Positions 61,701 through 64,000 of a DNA stretch of 64,000 nt are shown in pieces. The DNA comes from Centroscyllium fabricii (Eukaryota): assembly GCA_051313645.2 (NCBI GenBank), contig JBNRSN020000009.1, forward strand, positions 149,916,001-149,980,000, read 5' to 3'. Numbering within the stretch: the stretch's first letter is position 1; every line of letters begins with the position of its first letter. The position numbers and the translations under genes were made by a program. A model generated the notes under the pieces. That model was not told where the DNA came from and did not search any database. It saw only the letters and a list, made by a program, of their open reading frames with translations.

Positions 61701-62511
61701 ATTTGGCTATCTTAGTCGCCTCCTCGAGGGATAGATTGTCTTTCTCAAGTAGCCGCTGGCGGGCTTCCACACACCTTAGTCCCGTAATGTAAGCGTCCCG
61801 AACGAGGAGTTCTGCCTCCTCTTCAGCTGTTCTGGCTTGGCAGCCACAGACCCGTACCAGGGCCAGGAGCGCTTGCTCGAACTGCTCATTGGACTCACCC
61901 GGTAGCTGAGATCTGGTCGCAAGCACATGCCGGGCGTAGACCGAATGGACCGGGCACTCGTAGCATTTTCGTAGTTGTCGTACGGCCGCTATGTAGGTTG
62001 AGGCGTTCCTGATGAGGGAGAATACCCTGCTGGAGATCCTCGACCGGAGGACCTGCAGTTTGTTCCTGTCCGATGTAGCCTTAGCGGCGTCCATGTAGGC
62101 CTCCAGGAGGCCGAACCAGTGTTCGAACGTGGTAGCAGCGGCAGGGTCCTGGGGACTGATGTCCAGCTTCTCAGGTTTAACTGCGCTGCTCTCCATTTAA
62201 AAATATTTAGCGATTAAAATTGACGTATCGTCAATACCTTAGATTAAAAGAGTCGACGAGTAGTTACCGAAACTAAAGGCTTTTAATCGCTAAAGAATGG
62301 AGCTACCCTCCGGAACGAACTTCTGTACAGGAATGAGGAGCCTCGGTCAGTTTCCACCTATAAAGGGGCCTCACCTGGGGGAGGAGTTAGAGGTGTGGCT
62401 GACCTGGCTCCCAACAGTATTACACAGTATACAGGGCTGTGCTTTACATCCGCACAGCCCATTATTGGTACAATAATAACAGTGGTAAACAACGATACAA
62501 GGGTTACCACA
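58752..62511 (-). mobile_element. Internally deleted Gypsy (Mag-like) element D with 291-bp LTRs (58752-59042, 62221-62511), 5-bp TSD AAAGT
   Basis: gag 60829-62196, pro-RT ~59995-60926, integrase C-half ~59050-59880. About 1.1 kb of RT-RNaseH-IN (by comparison with element B) is replaced by an LTR-derived insert. Confidence 0.95.
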
Positions 62512-62828
62512 AAAGTGGGATTATTTTAGGGGGCACAGACCAAATAACCTGTTTCTGTGCTGACGATTTGAGAGATGGTGAGATCCTGCTCCCAATCACA
62601 TATTTATCCAAATCCTTTCTGAGGATGGGAAATGACATAGCCCCAGAAACACTTTCATGGAGTCTGTTACCGTTACCAGGAATCGTTTCCACTCTTGTCA
62701 ACTTTCTGCTGGATGGTTGGGTGTTTGATCCAGTCTAACAAGGTCCCAGTGCGAATGATTCTGACCAGTTCTAACACTTTGATACCTGGATGTCCCGGAA
62801 CTAACAGTGTATACTTTCATTCCGACAG

Positions 62829-63053
62829 CTCCTGACCGGGTTGGTTTGCTATGAGAATCTTCGCCTGCTGACCTGCAGCATCTTTGTGCCCAAGTGCACA
62901 CGGGACGGTGGGGTAGTGCCACCCTGCCAGTCCCTCTGCCTGTCTGCTGAGAAACGGTGCCAGCACTCACTCGAGACCCTGGGCATAATGTGGCCTTTCA
63001 ACTGTAACCTTTTCCCAGACTCTGATGACCCCATTGAATGCGTGAGGCCATAG
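62829..63053 (+). CDS. MFRP: MFRP last coding exon, Frizzled CRD C-half (LLTGLVCYENLRLLTCSIFVPKC...PPCQSLC...WPFNCNLFPDSDDPIECVRP*)
   Basis: Acceptor gacag, phase 0, 225 nt to TAG. Fz cysteine pattern and WPFNCN motif. The domain order LDLa-CUB-LDLa-Fz-stop is diagnostic of MFRP. Confidence 0.96.
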   Translation, partial: LLTGLVCYENLRLLTCSIFVPKCTRDGGVVPPCQSLCLSAEKRCQHSLETLGIMWPFNCNLFPDSDDPIECVRP

Positions 63054-63180
63054 TCAGAGAGGTAACTCCCCAACCCGATTCATAGCTACAGCGACCACTC
63101 ACCTTAACAACAGAAACAGAAATTGTTATAATTGCAACTCCCATAACACCAGCGGCTGGGAGACCCCATGACCGGTCCTC

Positions 63181-63186
63181 AATAAA
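63181..63186 (+). promoter_or_regulatory. Candidate polyadenylation signal for MFRP
   Basis: AATAAA about 130 nt after the stop codon; no transcript evidence. Confidence 0.35.
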
Positions 63187-63467
63187 ACGCTAATTACATA
63201 TTTCTTAGTTAAAGCGAAGACCTTGTGGAGTTTTATTCTTCCTTTGACAAGAGCAAGGTTGTGATGCTGGAACTCCGATTTAAAGACACCTGGAGACAGA
63301 CCTATGCAAGATCGGAATGTCACAGCCGCCACAATGGGAACATTTGCGCTGATCGGAATGTCACAGCCACAACAATGGGAACATTCACGTTTTGAAGCAG
63401 TGCCAACTATGGCTATGGGGCTTTCGAGCAGCCATTTTAATTTATCTTCAACATGAACATATTTTAC

Positions 63468-63915
63468 AATACACTACAATACAATACTTTATTTGTCATA
63501 TGTACTAAAATACAACAGGTGCAATCTAGACAGTGAAATGCTTTCTTTACGAGCCGAATGCACCGTGCAACAAAGGACACTAAGCTGCCCGGCACGCACG
63601 GAGCCTGTAAGACAGCAGCCATATTTCGGCGCCATCATCACAGGTCCTGTTCGCGCACTGTTCCGGCTTCTCCTGCTCTCAAAGTTTGATGTTCTTCAGA
63701 TGCTCTGTTCACCCGCCACTGCGGCCTCTTCCTCCTTCTTCATGCCCAGCTCCCCCTCCTCCCAGTCGGTACCTCGAGCCTCCCGCCGAGGAGTTGCCGG
63801 CCGACGTGCTACAGCGGGTCGTCGTCGCCGCTGCCGCTTCTGCTGCTTCACTGCCTCCACCCGACTCGCCAAACTCATCGGCGCAGATGTGAAGCTCCGA
63901 TAGCGGTTATGACGA
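63468..63915 (-). mobile_element. Probable Rex1-type 3' end / non-autonomous derivative
   Basis: (ACAAT)n followed by TTTTATTTGTCATATG, like the other Rex1 ends; no RT ORF seen. Confidence 0.4.
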
Positions 63916-64000
63916 CACAATCTTCTTCTTAGACAGTCCCTTGGAGCCGAGGAGGACTTGTTTCCACATTAAAAATGAGTTCGCAGGTAACTGATAAGTC

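Noticed and set aside
47904-63053. CORIN or enteropeptidase as alternative gene identity
   Set aside because: The reading frame stops right after the Fz domain with no protease domain; domain order fits MFRP.

Overview
Vertebrate genomic DNA, most likely a cartilaginous fish (inferred from Deu-domain and HE1/V-type SINEs and shark-type CR1, Penelope and satellite repeats). The only host gene I can support is the 3' half of MFRP (membrane frizzled-related protein) on the + strand: seven phase-compatible GT-AG exons encoding LDLa1, CUB2, LDLa2 and the Frizzled CRD (24739-63053). Most of the rest is nested mobile DNA: five Gypsy LTR elements, Penelope-like elements with minimal hammerhead ribozymes, Rex1/Babar, CR1, L2 and RTE LINE fragments, SINEs, MITEs, minisatellites and two assembly gaps. 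Main result: three Mag-like Gypsy elements have no tRNA primer-binding site. Instead, the PBS position is a 13-15 nt covarying reverse complement of the poly(A)-signal region of their own LTR. One element also carries a 115-bp insert (59880-59994) with the exact structure expected of a self-primer joined to minus-strand strong-stop DNA, pointing to tRNA-independent self-priming with a ~54-nt primer. Everything was read by eye; no searches were run, so novelty is unconfirmed.
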